In this document: in pieces, positions 43,935 to 54,252 of the stretch | How the letters are laid out: each line of letters starts with the position of its first letter | How positions within the stretch are numbered: the first letter of the stretch is position 1 | Source of the DNA: an uncultured Christensenella sp. | GTDB taxonomy: Bacteria; Bacillota; Clostridia; Christensenellales; UBA3700 | Direction of reading: 5' to 3' | Length of the DNA stretch: 64,000 bases | Assembly: GCA_949298505.1 (NCBI GenBank) | Contig: CASFWW010000023.1 | Span: forward strand, 1,801 to 65,800 | Position numbers and translations under genes: made by a program | Notes under the pieces: generated by a model | Seen by the model: only the letters and a program-made list of their open reading frames with translations | What the model was told of the DNA's origin: nothing | The model's database searches: none

Positions 43935-44614
43935 TACGCGTTACCTCCTTCGTTATTTGCTGCGCCGGTCTTTCCGATGACCTCGCCTTTGTAGACCCAC
44001 ACTTTGATGCCGATGATACCGAACGTGGTATGAGCTTCCGCAAAACCGTAATCGATATCCGCTCTGAGCGTCTGAAGAGGAATGGATCCTTCGTGATACT
44101 GCTCGCTCTTTGCGATTTCAACGCCGTCGAGTCTGCCGCTCGCCATAGCCTTTACGCCCTTGGCGCCCGCTTTGATTGCGCGGGTGATAGCCTGCTTCAT
44201 CACGCGCTTGTAAGACATACGCTTTTCAAGCTGAGCCGCAATACTCTCCGCGACGAGCTGTGCGTCGGTATCGGGTCTCTTGACCTCGTATACGTTGACG
44301 TTGATCTCTTTGCCTTTTACGACGTTGTTCAGTTCTTTTACGATCTGCTCGACGCCCGTGCCCTGCTTTCCGATGAGCACGCCCGGCTTGCCGGTGTAAA
44401 TGTTGACGGTGATGATCTCGGTCTTGGAAGAACGTACTCTCGAGATCGTGACCTTGGAGATCGCACAGGTGTAATACTGTTTCTTGATGAAGTTTCTTAT
44501 CTTGTTGTCCTCGATAAGATAATCAGCAAAATTCTTTTTGTCTGCGTACCACTGAGCTTCCCAGTCTTTGATTACGCCTACTCTCATTCCGTTGGGACTG
44601 ACTTTCTGACCCAT
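43934..44614 (-). CDS. rpsC: 30S ribosomal protein S3
   Basis: [20 protein letters not shown]. Confidence 0.98.
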   Translation of the reverse strand: MGQKVSPNGMRVGVIKDWEAQWYADKKNFADYLIEDNKIRNFIKKQYYTCAISKVTISRVRSSKTEIITVNIYTGKPGVLIGKQGTGVEQIVKELNNVVKGKEINVNVYEVKRPDTDAQLVAESIAAQLEKRMSYKRVMKQAITRAIKAGAKGVKAMASGRLDGVEIAKSEQYHEGSIPLQTLRADIDYGFAEAHTTFGIIGIKVWVYKGEVIGKTGAANNEGGNA

Positions 44615-44631
44615 GTTGTTGACCTCCTTTC

Positions 44632-45021
44632 TTACTTGCTCATCACGTCGAGAATGACGGTGATGTGGCTGGTGCGTTTGTTGATTCTTGCCGCGCTGCC
44701 CTTAGCTCTCGGTCTGATCCTCTTGAGGATGGGACCCGCGTTGGCGTAGCATTCTGCGACGTAAAGATCGCTCTTGCTGAGGCTGAGGTTGTTTTCTGCG
44801 TTCGCAGCCGCGGAATTGAGCACCTTGAGCAGAGGCTCGCAAGCCGCCTTTTGCGTATTTTTGAGGATAGCGACCGCGTCAGTGTATTTAGCGCCGCGGA
44901 TGATGTCCAGAACTATTCTGACCTTGTCGGGAGAAATTCTGACATATTTCGCAATCGCTCTGGGGCGCTTGTCCGCACTTTCCTGACGGATAGCAGCTTT
45001 TTCTCTTATTCTTTTAGCCAT
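44632..45021 (-). CDS. rplV: 50S ribosomal protein L22
   Basis: [23 protein letters not shown]...I.KRTSHIT. Confidence 0.98.
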   Translation of the reverse strand: MAKRIREKAAIRQESADKRPRAIAKYVRISPDKVRIVLDIIRGAKYTDAVAILKNTQKAACEPLLKVLNSAAANAENNLSLSKSDLYVAECYANAGPILKRIRPRAKGSAARINKRTSHITVILDVMSK

Positions 45022-45037
45022 TTGTGTCTGCCTCCTC

Positions 45038-45316
45038 TTACTTCTTTCCGGTGGTCTTCTCGCCGGCGTGACCCTTGAACGTACGGGTCGGAGCGAACTC
45101 GCCGAGCTTGCAACCTACCATGTCTTCCGTAACGTATACGGGAACGTGTTTTCTGCCGTCGTGAACCGCAATCGTATGTCCAACCATATCGGGGAAGATT
45201 GTGGAGGAACGCGACCAGGTCTTGATGACTTTCTTCTCGTTCTTCTCGTTCATAGCGACGATTCTCTTGATAAGCCTTTCTTCTACGAAAGGTCCTTTCT
45301 TTACCGATCTACTCAT
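45038..45316 (-). CDS. rpsS: 30S ribosomal protein S19
   Basis: [26 protein letters not shown]. Confidence 0.98.
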   Translation of the reverse strand: MSRSVKKGPFVEERLIKRIVAMNEKNEKKVIKTWSRSSTIFPDMVGHTIAVHDGRKHVPVYVTEDMVGCKLGEFAPTRTFKGHAGEKTTGKK

Positions 45317-45330
45317 CTTTCAATCCTCCG

Positions 45331-46152
45331 TTAGTTGATGCGCTTAATGATGAACTTGTTGCTCTTGTTCTTCTTTCTGGTCTTGTAACCCAGAGTGGGA
45401 ACGCCCCACGGGGTAACAGGACTGGGCATACCGATAGGCGACTTGCCTTCACCACCGCCGTGCGGGTGATCGCAGGGGTTCATGACCACACCTCTTACGG
45501 TCGGCTTGACGCCCATGTGACGCTTGCGTCCCGCTTTACCGATGCTGACGATCTCGTGATCGAGGTTGCCCACCTGACCTATGGTCGCTTTGCACTTGAT
45601 GGGGATATATCTCATCTCGCCGCTGGGCATTCTCAGGATCGCGTACTTGCCTTCCTTAGCCATCAGCTGAGCCGCGTTGCCGGCTGCTCTTGCGATCTGA
45701 CCTCCCTTGCCGGGATGCATCTCGATGTTGTGGATCATCGTACCTACGGGGATCTTTTCAAGGGGCAGGCAGTTGCCGGTCTTGATGTCAGCGTTTTCGC
45801 CGCTGACCACGACGTCGCCCTTGTTCAGACCTACGGGAGCGAGGATGTATCTCTTTTCGCCGTCCGCGTAGTGCAGGAGCGCTATGTTCGCGCTGCGGTT
45901 AGGATCGTATTCGATGGAAGCGACTTTAGCGGGAACGTTGTCCTTGTTGCGCTTGAAATCGATGATGCGGTATTTGTTGCGGTTTCCGCCGCCGATATGT
46001 CTTACCGTGATTCTGCCGCTTGCGTTTCTGCCGCCCGTCTTGTTCTTGCTCTCGAGCAAGCTTCTTTCGGGGGTCGTCGTCGTGATCTCGCTGAACGCGG
46101 AGGTCGTCATGAAACGACGTGCGGGAGAAGTAGGTTTATATCTCTTTATCAT
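45331..46152 (-). CDS. rplB: 50S ribosomal protein L2
   Basis: [29 protein letters not shown]. Confidence 0.98.
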   Translation of the reverse strand: MIKRYKPTSPARRFMTTSAFSEITTTTPERSLLESKNKTGGRNASGRITVRHIGGGNRNKYRIIDFKRNKDNVPAKVASIEYDPNRSANIALLHYADGEKRYILAPVGLNKGDVVVSGENADIKTGNCLPLEKIPVGTMIHNIEMHPGKGGQIARAAGNAAQLMAKEGKYAILRMPSGEMRYIPIKCKATIGQVGNLDHEIVSIGKAGRKRHMGVKPTVRGVVMNPCDHPHGGGEGKSPIGMPSPVTPWGVPTLGYKTRKKNKSNKFIIKRIN

Positions 46153-46168
46153 ATCCTTAGTCCTCCTA

Positions 46169-46459
46169 TCAGGTCAAACTCTCGAAGAACTCGATGGGTT
46201 TGCTGTCTGCCTTGAGCTGAACGATCGCTTTCTTGTAAGCTGCGGTCTTGCCTTCGTTCCTGCCCATTCTCTTGGTCTTGCCGTCGTAGTTGGAGGTGTT
46301 GACCTTTTCAACCTTGACGCCGAAGATATCCTCGATTGCCACCTTTATCTGCGTTTTCGTCGCCCTTTTGTCGACTTTGAAAGTGTACTTCTTGGACTGA
46401 ATTCCGTCGAAGCTCTTTTCACTCATCAACGGGCTGATGATAATGTCGTACTTGTTCAT
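46169..46459 (-). CDS. rplW: 50S ribosomal protein L23
   Basis: P..SEKS, YTFKV...ATK.QIK, KKAIV. Confidence 0.97.
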   Translation of the reverse strand: MNKYDIIISPLMSEKSFDGIQSKKYTFKVDKRATKTQIKVAIEDIFGVKVEKVNTSNYDGKTKRMGRNEGKTAAYKKAIVQLKADSKPIEFFESLT

Positions 46460-47097
46460 TACTCAGCTACCTCCTCGCTGTTGTAAGCCTTCTCGAGCTT
46501 TTCGACCGCCGCCTTCGTAACGAGACATTTAGCGTTTGCCGCCAGGTCGTATACGTTGACGAGATCTGCGTTGATCACAGTAAGATTTTCAATGTTTGCG
46601 CTCGCTCTGAGGATCTTTTCGTCGTTTTCGGAAACGATCAGGAGAACCTTGCAATCAAAACCGAAGCTCTTGAGGACCGCCGCCATCAGCTTCGTCTTCG
46701 CGTCAGCCAGCTTGAGTTCGTCGAGAACTACGAAATCGCCGTCCTGAACTTTTGCGCTGAGCGCGCTGACAGTAGCCGCATACTTCATCTTCTTGTTGAT
46801 CTTCTGAGAGAAGTCTCTCTGCTTGGGAGCGAAAACAACGCCGCCGCCCGTCCACTGAGGACTTCTGATGGAACCCTGTCTCGCACGACCGGTGCCCTTC
46901 TGTCTCCAGGGCTTGATGCCTCCGCCTCTGACTTCGCTGCGGGTAAGCGTGCTCTTGTTGCCCTGTCTCTTGTTTGCCATCTGAGCGACGACGACCTGGT
47001 GTACGAGCGGCTCGTTGTATTCCTGAGCAAATACCGCGTCGGAGAGATCCATCGTGCCCACTTTCTGTGCACTTATATTAAAAACGTCTACTTTCAT
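46459..47097 (-). CDS. rplD: 50S ribosomal protein L4
   Basis: [27 protein letters not shown]. Confidence 0.98.
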   Translation of the reverse strand: MKVDVFNISAQKVGTMDLSDAVFAQEYNEPLVHQVVVAQMANKRQGNKSTLTRSEVRGGGIKPWRQKGTGRARQGSIRSPQWTGGGVVFAPKQRDFSQKINKKMKYAATVSALSAKVQDGDFVVLDELKLADAKTKLMAAVLKSFGFDCKVLLIVSENDEKILRASANIENLTVINADLVNVYDLAANAKCLVTKAAVEKLEKAYNSEEVAE

Positions 47098-47108
47098 TTC
47101 GCTTCTCC

Positions 47109-47741
47109 TTATTGTGCCTTGTAGCTGGACTTCACGGTCACGACGCCGCCCTTGTTGCCGGGGATCGCGCCCTTGATGAGCAGCAGGTTGCGCTCTTTGT
47201 CCACTCTGACTACCGTCAGGTTCTGAACGGTAACTCTTTCGTTACCCCAGTGACCGGACATCTTCTTGTTCTTGAAAACTCTTGAAGGAGTGGAGTTTGC
47301 GCTCAAGGAACCTACGCCTCTGTGATAACCGGAACCGTGCGCCATCGGGCCACAATGCTGATTCCATCTCTTGATCGCGCCGGTAAAGCCCTTACCTTTC
47401 GAGACACCGACTACGTCAACTTTGTCGCCGACTGCGAACACGTCGCAGGTGATCACGCTGCCAACTTCCATGCTTTCCGCATTGTCGAGTCTGAGTTCTC
47501 TCAGATGTCTCTTGGGCGCTACGCCTGCCTTTTCAAAGTGTCCTTTGACGGGCTTGGTCACGTTCTTCGCCTTGATCTCGCCGAACGCCACCTGAATTGC
47601 GCTGTAACCGTCTTTTTCCTGAGTCTTCTTCTGCACTACGGGGCACGGACCCGCTTCAACTACCGTTACCGGTATTACGGTGCCGTCCTCGGTGAAGATC
47701 TGGCTCATTCCCAATTTCTTTCCAATGATTGCTTTATTCAT
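47109..47741 (-). CDS. rplC: 50S ribosomal protein L3
   Basis: [24 protein letters not shown]. Confidence 0.98.
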   Translation of the reverse strand: MNKAIIGKKLGMSQIFTEDGTVIPVTVVEAGPCPVVQKKTQEKDGYSAIQVAFGEIKAKNVTKPVKGHFEKAGVAPKRHLRELRLDNAESMEVGSVITCDVFAVGDKVDVVGVSKGKGFTGAIKRWNQHCGPMAHGSGYHRGVGSLSANSTPSRVFKNKKMSGHWGNERVTVQNLTVVRVDKERNLLLIKGAIPGNKGGVVTVKSSYKAQ

Positions 47742-47819
47742 AGATAAAGTTCACCTCCGTATTTATTCCGTCCGCGCTTTTTGGGTCAACGCGGAACCGT
47801 ATTGTTGTCTTGTCTGTTA

Positions 47820-48128
47820 TCAGAGTTTGATGTTGATATCGACGCCTGCCGGCAAAGTCAGCTTCATCAAAGCTTCCATAGCCTTTGCGGTGGGATTGTA
47901 GATATCTATCAGTCTCTTGTGCGTTCTGAGCTCGAACTGCTCGCGGCTGTCCTTATATTTGTGAACCGCGCGAAGTATCGTTACGACTTCTTTCTCGGTG
48001 GGAAGGGGGATGGGTCCGCTGACCTTAACGCCGCTTCTCGTGACCGTGTCGACGATCTTGCTTGCCGCCTCGTCAATGAGGTTGTGATCATAAGCTCTGA
48101 GTCTTATTCTGATGATTTGTCCTGCCAT
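47820..48128 (-). CDS. rpsJ: 30S ribosomal protein S10
   Basis: [32 protein letters not shown]. Confidence 0.98.
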   Translation of the reverse strand: MAGQIIRIRLRAYDHNLIDEAASKIVDTVTRSGVKVSGPIPLPTEKEVVTILRAVHKYKDSREQFELRTHKRLIDIYNPTAKAMEALMKLTLPAGVDINIKL

Positions 48129-48339
48129 TTTCTTTTACTCCTTTTTCCTAACTTACATATTCACGTGCCCGTGTGTTTCACACCGCGACTTTAATAAAAG
48201 GCGTGCAGTTCGCCTCCGTTAGTCGCCCGATTGCCGGACCCTTGTCCGCGGAAATTCTCTGCTTTTGCAGTAACCTCCCGCTTCATCCCGTTTTTCGCGG
48301 TGCACTGAGAATTATATAGATTTAAATATTTTAAGTCAA
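48129..48339 (-). promoter_or_regulatory. S10 operon promoter and long structured 5' leader
   Basis: TTGACT-17 nt-TATAAT (48311..48339); ~175-nt leader containing GATGAAGCGGGAGGTT...AATTTCCGCGGA, resembling Firmicute rpsJ leaders from memory. Confidence 0.65.
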
Positions 48340-48508
48340 ATCTTTGAACAAAAAAGATTTAAAAAGAAATGTAAAATTTATGTAAAATCAATATTTTTGG
48401 CTTCAAAAAGGTTTGATTATAAGTTTTGTTTATTGTAACGCGTCCGTTTCATTACCCCGCTTTCCAACAGCCTTTTGCGTCTGATCTGACTGATCACGTT
48501 TCTAAGGT

Positions 48509-48835
48509 CTATCCCAGTTTTTCCAGCTCTTCTATCATTCTGAGCAACACGCCGTAGTATTTGCCGTCCAGATTTTTTACCTTGTTTATCAATTTGTTCT
48601 GTTCTTCGCTCTGATCGTCGTCCGTCAATCCCAGCAGATAGTCCGACGTAACTCCAAGGTTGAGACTGATCTTATACAACGTCTGAATCGACACTCCGAC
48701 TTTCCCGGCTTCAACATCTGCAAGAAATCTCGGGCTGACGTTAATGCTTTCGGCAAGTTTTTCACGCGTAACGTTTGCCAGCTTACGGGCGATTTTTATT
48801 TTGTTTCCCAACTCGACGTTTATTTCTTTCATCAT
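48509..48835 (-). CDS. XRE-family HTH transcriptional regulator
   Basis: LGNKIK.AR...VTREKLAE...VS..FL..VE.G, LGVTSDYLLG. Confidence 0.9.
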   Translation of the reverse strand: MMKEINVELGNKIKIARKLANVTREKLAESINVSPRFLADVEAGKVGVSIQTLYKISLNLGVTSDYLLGLTDDDQSEEQNKLINKVKNLDGKYYGVLLRMIEELEKLG

Positions 48836-48974
48836 GATTACCTTTTTGTACTTTTAACATTATATATGAACTTACAGATCATAACAATGATGTTGTATTT
48901 CACTTGACATATGAGTGTTTAATTCATATAATATAATTATCAATAATATACAAATGAAGTTATACGGAGGTATT

Positions 48975-49571
48975 ATGCACGCAGCAACGAAATTTAAAAT
49001 ATCGTCTTTTTTTAAGCAACTGATCCTTTACCCGATCTTCATGTTTTTGTCTCTTTCTTCATGGGCAGTGATAGGAATGATCCTGTCTCTCTTTGGAGTA
49101 AGCAACCCTCTGGGAGACGAATTCAAAGCTTCGATATTCGACGCTCCAAATTACGGCATGGCGATCGGGCTTATTCTTGTTTTCGCCCTCGGGATATTCT
49201 TTGCGAGGCTGTGTTTCAGAAGAAAAGGTAAATCGACTTCTTATCAACAGTACCACCCCGAATACGAAAAACCCGAAATAACCGTCGACGCCGATATTTA
49301 CGACAGCGACAATTACAGGATAGGCACGGCGAGATATCATCAGGACGGCGACAGCGGAGTCAGAAAGCACCTTACGGGATGGGGACTTCTCTCTTATCTG
49401 TCTTTGCCGATGATGGTGATCACAAAATCTGTTTCTCTCGTTTTGTCTTTTCTGGCTATTTTTATAATCAGACTTGTGGTGTCCGTTTCGGATTATATGT
49501 ATGACATAAGAAAACACGGCTTTTTCTTCGACATGTTGTTCTACCTGTTCGACATTTCAGTGTTGGAATGA
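48975..49571 (+). CDS. Hypothetical multi-pass membrane protein
   Basis: GGAGG RBS before the ATG at 48975; several hydrophobic segments around a polar loop. Confidence 0.7.
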   Translation: MHAATKFKISSFFKQLILYPIFMFLSLSSWAVIGMILSLFGVSNPLGDEFKASIFDAPNYGMAIGLILVFALGIFFARLCFRRKGKSTSYQQYHPEYEKPEITVDADIYDSDNYRIGTARYHQDGDSGVRKHLTGWGLLSYLSLPMMVITKSVSLVLSFLAIFIIRLVVSVSDYMYDIRKHGFFFDMLFYLFDISVLE

Positions 49572-49610
49572 GAATTTATTCAATCGACAACCGTTTTTCA
49601 TCAACGATCA

Positions 49611-49644
49611 AAAAGGCGCGCCGGAAATATTACGGCGCGCCTTT
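49611..49644 (+). terminator. Hairpin terminator after the membrane protein gene
   Basis: AAAGGCGCGCCG-loop-CGGCGCGCCTTT. Confidence 0.65.
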
Positions 49645-49772
49645 AACGTAAACCTGACCGTCATGCTCCAAAGCAAGATATGACGGTTTGCACCCGACAA
49701 AATTAATACGGTGGCTATGCCGTCAGTTGTGAATTTCACTCCCCGACGGCGTCTGAATTACCGAAAAAAGAG

Positions 49773-49800
49773 TTCCGACATCCGACGGAACTCTTTTTTC
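49773..49800. terminator. Bidirectional terminator after the DUF1858 gene
   Basis: GAAAAAAGAGTTCCG-loop-CGGAACTCTTTTTTC; the hairpin begins about 10 nt to the left of the stated start. Confidence 0.7.
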
Positions 49801-49842
49801 GTTTACTTTTTCTTGTCAAAATGAATCTTGTAAAGCTTCTTG

Positions 49843-50043
49843 TCAGCTTCTTGCCGCTTCGTTGAGCTTCTCCACAAGTTCGTCTACATCGACGCCGTGA
49901 GCATTAGCCGCGTCCTCAACGGTCTCGTTGTGCGCAAGAGCGCATCCCAGGCAATGCATGCCCACGCTGAAAAGTACGTTTGCTATCGCGTCAACGTTGC
50001 CCTGCTTCAGAGCGTCTGCTATAAGCATATCCTTCGTTATCAT
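49843..50043 (-). CDS. DUF1858-domain small protein
   Basis: ITKDMLI...GMHCLGC....ETVEDAA..HGVD. Confidence 0.88.
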   Translation of the reverse strand: MITKDMLIADALKQGNVDAIANVLFSVGMHCLGCALAHNETVEDAANAHGVDVDELVEKLNEAARS

Positions 50044-50188
50044 ATTTACCTCCGTCAGAGCTTTCGCCCTTATATATTATTATTTATTTTATCAATATTA
50101 TATACGGCGTGTCCGCCGCTTTCGTCAACACTATTTTATATAATCCCGGTCAGGAATGCAAGCGTTTTAGCATAATCGCGCCGCTTCG

Positions 50189-51289
50189 TCAGGAGAAAAA
50201 CAACAGATATATCATCCAGATCAGCAAAGCCGCCACTCCCGTGCAGAACAAAGCGAAGAAGAACGTCTTGATCGGAGACAAAGGAGCGCTGCCCACAGTC
50301 TGTCCGTTCCTGCCGTTTACGACAAAGCCGTAGTCCTTGCCCTTGTATCTGTACGAACTCGTCCAGATCGGCGCGAGCACGTACTTGTACTTCGTCTCGC
50401 TGTATACGGGATATACGTTTATGTAGTCAACGTGATCAGCGTCCGGGTACATATTTCTTATCTGAGACCTTACGCTGTCGACCATGATCTTCTGCGCGAC
50501 CTCCCAGCTCGCGTCCAGCCCCTGAGCGTACCTCTCGGCAGAATAGCCGGAAAGGTATTCTTCTTCATACTGAACGGAATTCACCGTATCGAAACCGCCG
50601 ATCTTGTTCAGTTGTTTCTGAGTCAGCCTCGTACTCGCGCCGACAAGAACGTCGTCGAAATACGAATTGACCGCTCCGCTGACGTTATACCACCTGATCC
50701 TCGTTTCGGTGCGTCTGTTCTTGCCGCTGCCGACGGTCACGGTATAGGTCTTGCCGAGGCGGGCGTCGTATTTCGCATGCACGTTGGAATCAAAAGTCCA
50801 TGACGGTATGTAAACGCCGTTCATTCGCGAAGTCTTTGCCGTCTTTTTCAGATTGGAAGGCGCGAGAAATTTCTTGCCCATCCATTTTTTCAGGCTTTCG
50901 TGCGCTTTCGGCTCGGAGATCAGAAAAGGCAGAACCGCGTTGGGTTTCAGCCCGGGAACTTCGTCCGTCTCCACCAGATTTGGCGCGCCGCAGAAAGGAC
51001 AGACCGTGCAGGTCTGATATTTTTCAAGCACGGTCTTTGCGCCGCAGACGGGGCACTGTATACACTTGACCTCTCCCCAGCCGGTAAATCCCTGCTCGGA
51101 GAGCGCGGTGTAATACAGCTCCATAGGCGGTCCGGGAGCGGGAACGTCGCGTTCCGTTCCGCAATAAGAACATCTGAGCTTTCCCGAATCCGGATCGTAT
51201 CTGAGAAAATTTCCGCATCCAGGACACTTGAAAGTATCGCTTTCAAGTTCCTCGGCAGTCGTTTCGTCCCTGACTTCCTGTTCAGCCAT
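50189..51289 (-). CDS. Zinc-ribbon protein with a C-terminal TM helix (YdjG-like)
   Basis: Four CxxCG motifs (CPGCG, CSYCG, CPVCG, CPFCG), P..VLPF, Y.P.W.F, VNG..G...G..P, C-terminal hydrophobic helix. Confidence 0.75.
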   Translation of the reverse strand: MAEQEVRDETTAEELESDTFKCPGCGNFLRYDPDSGKLRCSYCGTERDVPAPGPPMELYYTALSEQGFTGWGEVKCIQCPVCGAKTVLEKYQTCTVCPFCGAPNLVETDEVPGLKPNAVLPFLISEPKAHESLKKWMGKKFLAPSNLKKTAKTSRMNGVYIPSWTFDSNVHAKYDARLGKTYTVTVGSGKNRRTETRIRWYNVSGAVNSYFDDVLVGASTRLTQKQLNKIGGFDTVNSVQYEEEYLSGYSAERYAQGLDASWEVAQKIMVDSVRSQIRNMYPDADHVDYINVYPVYSETKYKYVLAPIWTSSYRYKGKDYGFVVNGRNGQTVGSAPLSPIKTFFFALFCTGVAALLIWMIYLLFFS

Positions 51290-51306
51290 ACTTATCTCCG
51301 CCCGTA

Positions 51307-52443
51307 TTATTTGACTTTCTTGCCGCATTCAGGGCAGAACTTGGTGCCGGCAGGAATCTTACTTCCGCATTCCGGGCACGTCTTGTCTTCAAGCTTTTCT
51401 CCGCATTCAGGGCAGAATTTCGCCGTTTTTCTCACCTTTGCGCCGCACTTGGGGCACACTTTCTTTTCGTCGGAAGCCATCTCTTTCCCACATTCAGGGC
51501 AGAACTTTGCGCCCTTCTTCACCTGAGCGCCGCAATTGGGGCACGCGACCTTGGGCTCAGCCGTAGCCGCGCCCGCCATGTTCTCAGCGAACATTCTGCC
51601 TATTCCGAGCCCCGCGCCCAGTCCTATGCCGGCGTTTGCCATATTTCCGCTGGCTCCGGGATTTTTCGCCGCGTCGCGCATCGCGCCCAGAGTCTCCATC
51701 TGAGCATATCCGGGCATCGCGTCTCCCATGACTCCCACGGACGTGCGCTTGTCGATCATCTTCTCGACCTCTTCGGGCACGGAAAGGTTTTCAATGTAAA
51801 GTCCCTTTATCTCTATGCCCATCCTGCCGAAGTCTTCTTTCATCTTTTCGAGCGCGATCGCGGAAATGTCGTCGTAATGCGCCGCCAGTTCAAGCGCGCT
51901 GACTCCGCTTTCGGCAATAGAATTGGTAAGAACGCTGACAATGATCTTTTTGAAATAGTTGTCGACGTCGGACACCGTGAGTCCGCCCGTGGAACCGAAC
52001 AACTCATTCATCGCGTAAGTCGGCACGCCGATCGCAAACGAATAGACGCCGTAGCCGCGCACGCGCACCATTCCGAAATCCTTATCCTTCATCATAACCG
52101 GGTTCGAAGTGCCCCATTTGTTGTCGATGAACTGCTTTGTCGAAACGAAATAAAGATCTGCGGTATGAGGCGTCTCCCACGCAGTCTTCCAATTGTACAA
52201 CGCGGTCAGGATGGGGATGTTTTTCAGTTCGTCCAGCTCGTATGTGCCCGGACCGAAAACGTCGCAAAGCTTACCTTCGTTTATGAAGATCGCCTTCTGC
52301 CCTTCGCGTACGACGAGCGTGGATTTTCTCATTATCTCTTCCTTGCGTTCAAGCGGAAATTTCCACACGATCGCGTTTTTGTCGTCAGTCTCCCACTGAA
52401 TCACTTTGCGGAACTGTCTTTTCAAAAAACTTCCGAGTCCCAT
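51307..52443 (-). CDS. SPFH/band-7 domain protein with tandem zinc ribbons (YdjI-like)
   Basis: LVVREGQ.AIF...G...D.FGPG.Y, KWGT..P, Gly/Ala/Met-rich linker, three CPxCG...KFCPECG units. Confidence 0.85.
   Translation of the reverse strand: MGLGSFLKRQFRKVIQWETDDKNAIVWKFPLERKEEIMRKSTLVVREGQKAIFINEGKLCDVFGPGTYELDELKNIPILTALYNWKTAWETPHTADLYFVSTKQFIDNKWGTSNPVMMKDKDFGMVRVRGYGVYSFAIGVPTYAMNELFGSTGGLTVSDVDNYFKKIIVSVLTNSIAESGVSALELAAHYDDISAIALEKMKEDFGRMGIEIKGLYIENLSVPEEVEKMIDKRTSVGVMGDAMPGYAQMETLGAMRDAAKNPGASGNMANAGIGLGAGLGIGRMFAENMAGAATAEPKVACPNCGAQVKKGAKFCPECGKEMASDEKKVCPKCGAKVRKTAKFCPECGEKLEDKTCPECGSKIPAGTKFCPECGKKVK
51325..51545 (-). repeat. Three intragenic repeats encoding double-zinc-ribbon units
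   Basis: CATTCAGGGCAGAA occurs three times (near 51326, 51404 and 51491). Confidence 0.75.
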
Positions 52444-52488
52444 ATATTCCTCCGTCAGGGCTTCTGCCCTTTATTTGTCGTTTATTAT

Positions 52489-52517
52489 ATTATAAGTTTA
52501 CGCGCGCGCATTGTCAA
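52489..52517 (-). promoter_or_regulatory. sigmaA promoter of the SPFH/zinc-ribbon operon
   Basis: TTGACA-17 nt-TATAAT. Confidence 0.75.
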
Positions 52518-52595
52518 GGTGCAATTTCGGCGCAGTCGGTCTTTATCTCACTTTTTCAGCGTCATATCCGGCTCCCGTCATAAATATTAAATAGT

Positions 52596-54032
52596 ATGAA
52601 ACGTATAGCCGCGGCATTACCGCTTCTCTTCCTGGTTCTTTCTCCTCTCCTGACGTTCGTCTCCTGTGAAACCCGGGCAGACGCTCCCGCCTCATGCGTT
52701 TACGAGATGACGGTCTCCGTCGACGAAGCGGAAAACGTAGTCTCGGTAGATCAGAAAGTCACCGTCGTGAATTCGTTCGGAAAGGATATAGACGAACTGA
52801 TCTTTGCATTTTACCCGGACGCTTTCACCCTGAAAACTCCTCCGCCGGTGGACATGACGTCGCCTGAGACAGCCTACCCGTACGGGCTAAACGCCGGAGG
52901 ATACGTATTCCTCGAAGCGGGCGGAACAGAGGTGGAAAGCGTCTCTCTCTGCGAAACGCCGTGCAAGATAACCGTAAAACTTTCTTCTCCACTGTCTCCG
53001 GGAGATAAAACCGAGCTGCGTTTTTCTTTCAACCTCACACTTCCGCTGTGCAACGCGCGTTACGGCTACAACGATTTTTCAGTCAATCTCTCTTATTTCT
53101 ACCCTCAGCTCTGCCGCTATGACGAAAACGCGGAAGCCTTTGTATTCAACAACTACGTCGCGACAGGCGACCCGTTTGTCTTCGACGTCGCAGACTACTA
53201 CGTCACCCTTGACTGCCCCGAAGACTGGCAGATCGCGTGTTCCGCGCCTGCATCCGGAGAAAACGGCAGCAAACGCTGCGCACAGGGGCTCAGAGACATG
53301 ACCCTGATCCTTGCGCCGGAAGCCGAAGTCACTTCTTTCTCCTCGGGCGGCTACACCGCATACGCGATACACGACGGCTCGTACAGCTATGCCGCGGAAT
53401 ACGCCGCGAACGCTCTGAACGTGTTTTCTCAGGCATTCTGCGATCTGCCGGTCAGAGAATATTACCTCGTCTTTACCCCTTTCATAGCCGCGGGAGCGGA
53501 ATTCTCCAACGTCGCCCTGCTCTCTTCCTCGCTGACGTTTGCCGAAACGGAAAAGACCGTAGCGCACGAAGTCTCGCACCAGTGGTGGTATTCGCTGGTG
53601 GGAAGCGACCAGGTAAACTTCCCGTGGCAGGACGAAGCGCTCGCGCAGTGGTCGACTTTGTACTACTTTAAAAAACGCGGGATGAAAGATCACGCAGTTA
53701 CCATTCTGAAAGGATACGCGGAATTTTACTATGACTACATGACGACCCAACACGCTCTCGGAGAAAGCGCTCTCTGCGACGTGCACAGAGCGATCACGGA
53801 TTACAGGGATCAGACAGATTATTTCGCGACAGTGTACTGCAAGGCGCTCCTCGCGGCGGAAATAACCGCGCAAAGCGTGACCGATGACGGTTTCTGCAAC
53901 GCGCTTGCAATTTATGCAAAAGACAACCGCCTGTCTTTTGCGTGCCCTGACGACCTGTACTCCGCATTTGATTCTTACCTCAAAGGCGCGGGAAATCTTT
54001 TCAGAAATTCGCTTAACGTTTCGCCTTATTGA
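52596..54032 (+). CDS. M1-family (gluzincin) metallopeptidase with a signal peptide, possibly a lipoprotein
   Basis: AHEVSHQWW...W.DEAL (HExxH-18-E), AGAEF in place of GAMEN, Y.K motif; N-terminal hydrophobic segment ending in FVSC. Confidence 0.85.
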   Translation: MKRIAAALPLLFLVLSPLLTFVSCETRADAPASCVYEMTVSVDEAENVVSVDQKVTVVNSFGKDIDELIFAFYPDAFTLKTPPPVDMTSPETAYPYGLNAGGYVFLEAGGTEVESVSLCETPCKITVKLSSPLSPGDKTELRFSFNLTLPLCNARYGYNDFSVNLSYFYPQLCRYDENAEAFVFNNYVATGDPFVFDVADYYVTLDCPEDWQIACSAPASGENGSKRCAQGLRDMTLILAPEAEVTSFSSGGYTAYAIHDGSYSYAAEYAANALNVFSQAFCDLPVREYYLVFTPFIAAGAEFSNVALLSSSLTFAETEKTVAHEVSHQWWYSLVGSDQVNFPWQDEALAQWSTLYYFKKRGMKDHAVTILKGYAEFYYDYMTTQHALGESALCDVHRAITDYRDQTDYFATVYCKALLAAEITAQSVTDDGFCNALAIYAKDNRLSFACPDDLYSAFDSYLKGAGNLFRNSLNVSPY

Positions 54033-54252
54033 CGAAACCTTTTTACAACCTCACAAATGCGGACAAAACAGCGGCTATCCCGATCACGGCTTTGCCGGAC
54101 ACTCGCCCTCGCGGACGGAAAATGCTTAACCGGCAATCGACCTACTTGCCGCATACGCGGCATTTCCAAGGTAAAAATTTACAGCGTTAAACTGGATAAA
54201 ACGCATAGAGCGTTACACAATATAATCAGCCTGAAAAAAGGAGGTTAAAGTG

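Noticed and set aside
51325-51545. Short direct repeats as a CRISPR-like array
   Set aside because: They are in-frame coding repeats of zinc-ribbon units; no cas genes are present.
52561-52595. GTCATA...CATAAATA as a sigmaE promoter for the RBS-less M1 peptidase gene
   Set aside because: Spacing is about 4 nt shorter than the Bacillus consensus; suggestive but not supportable.
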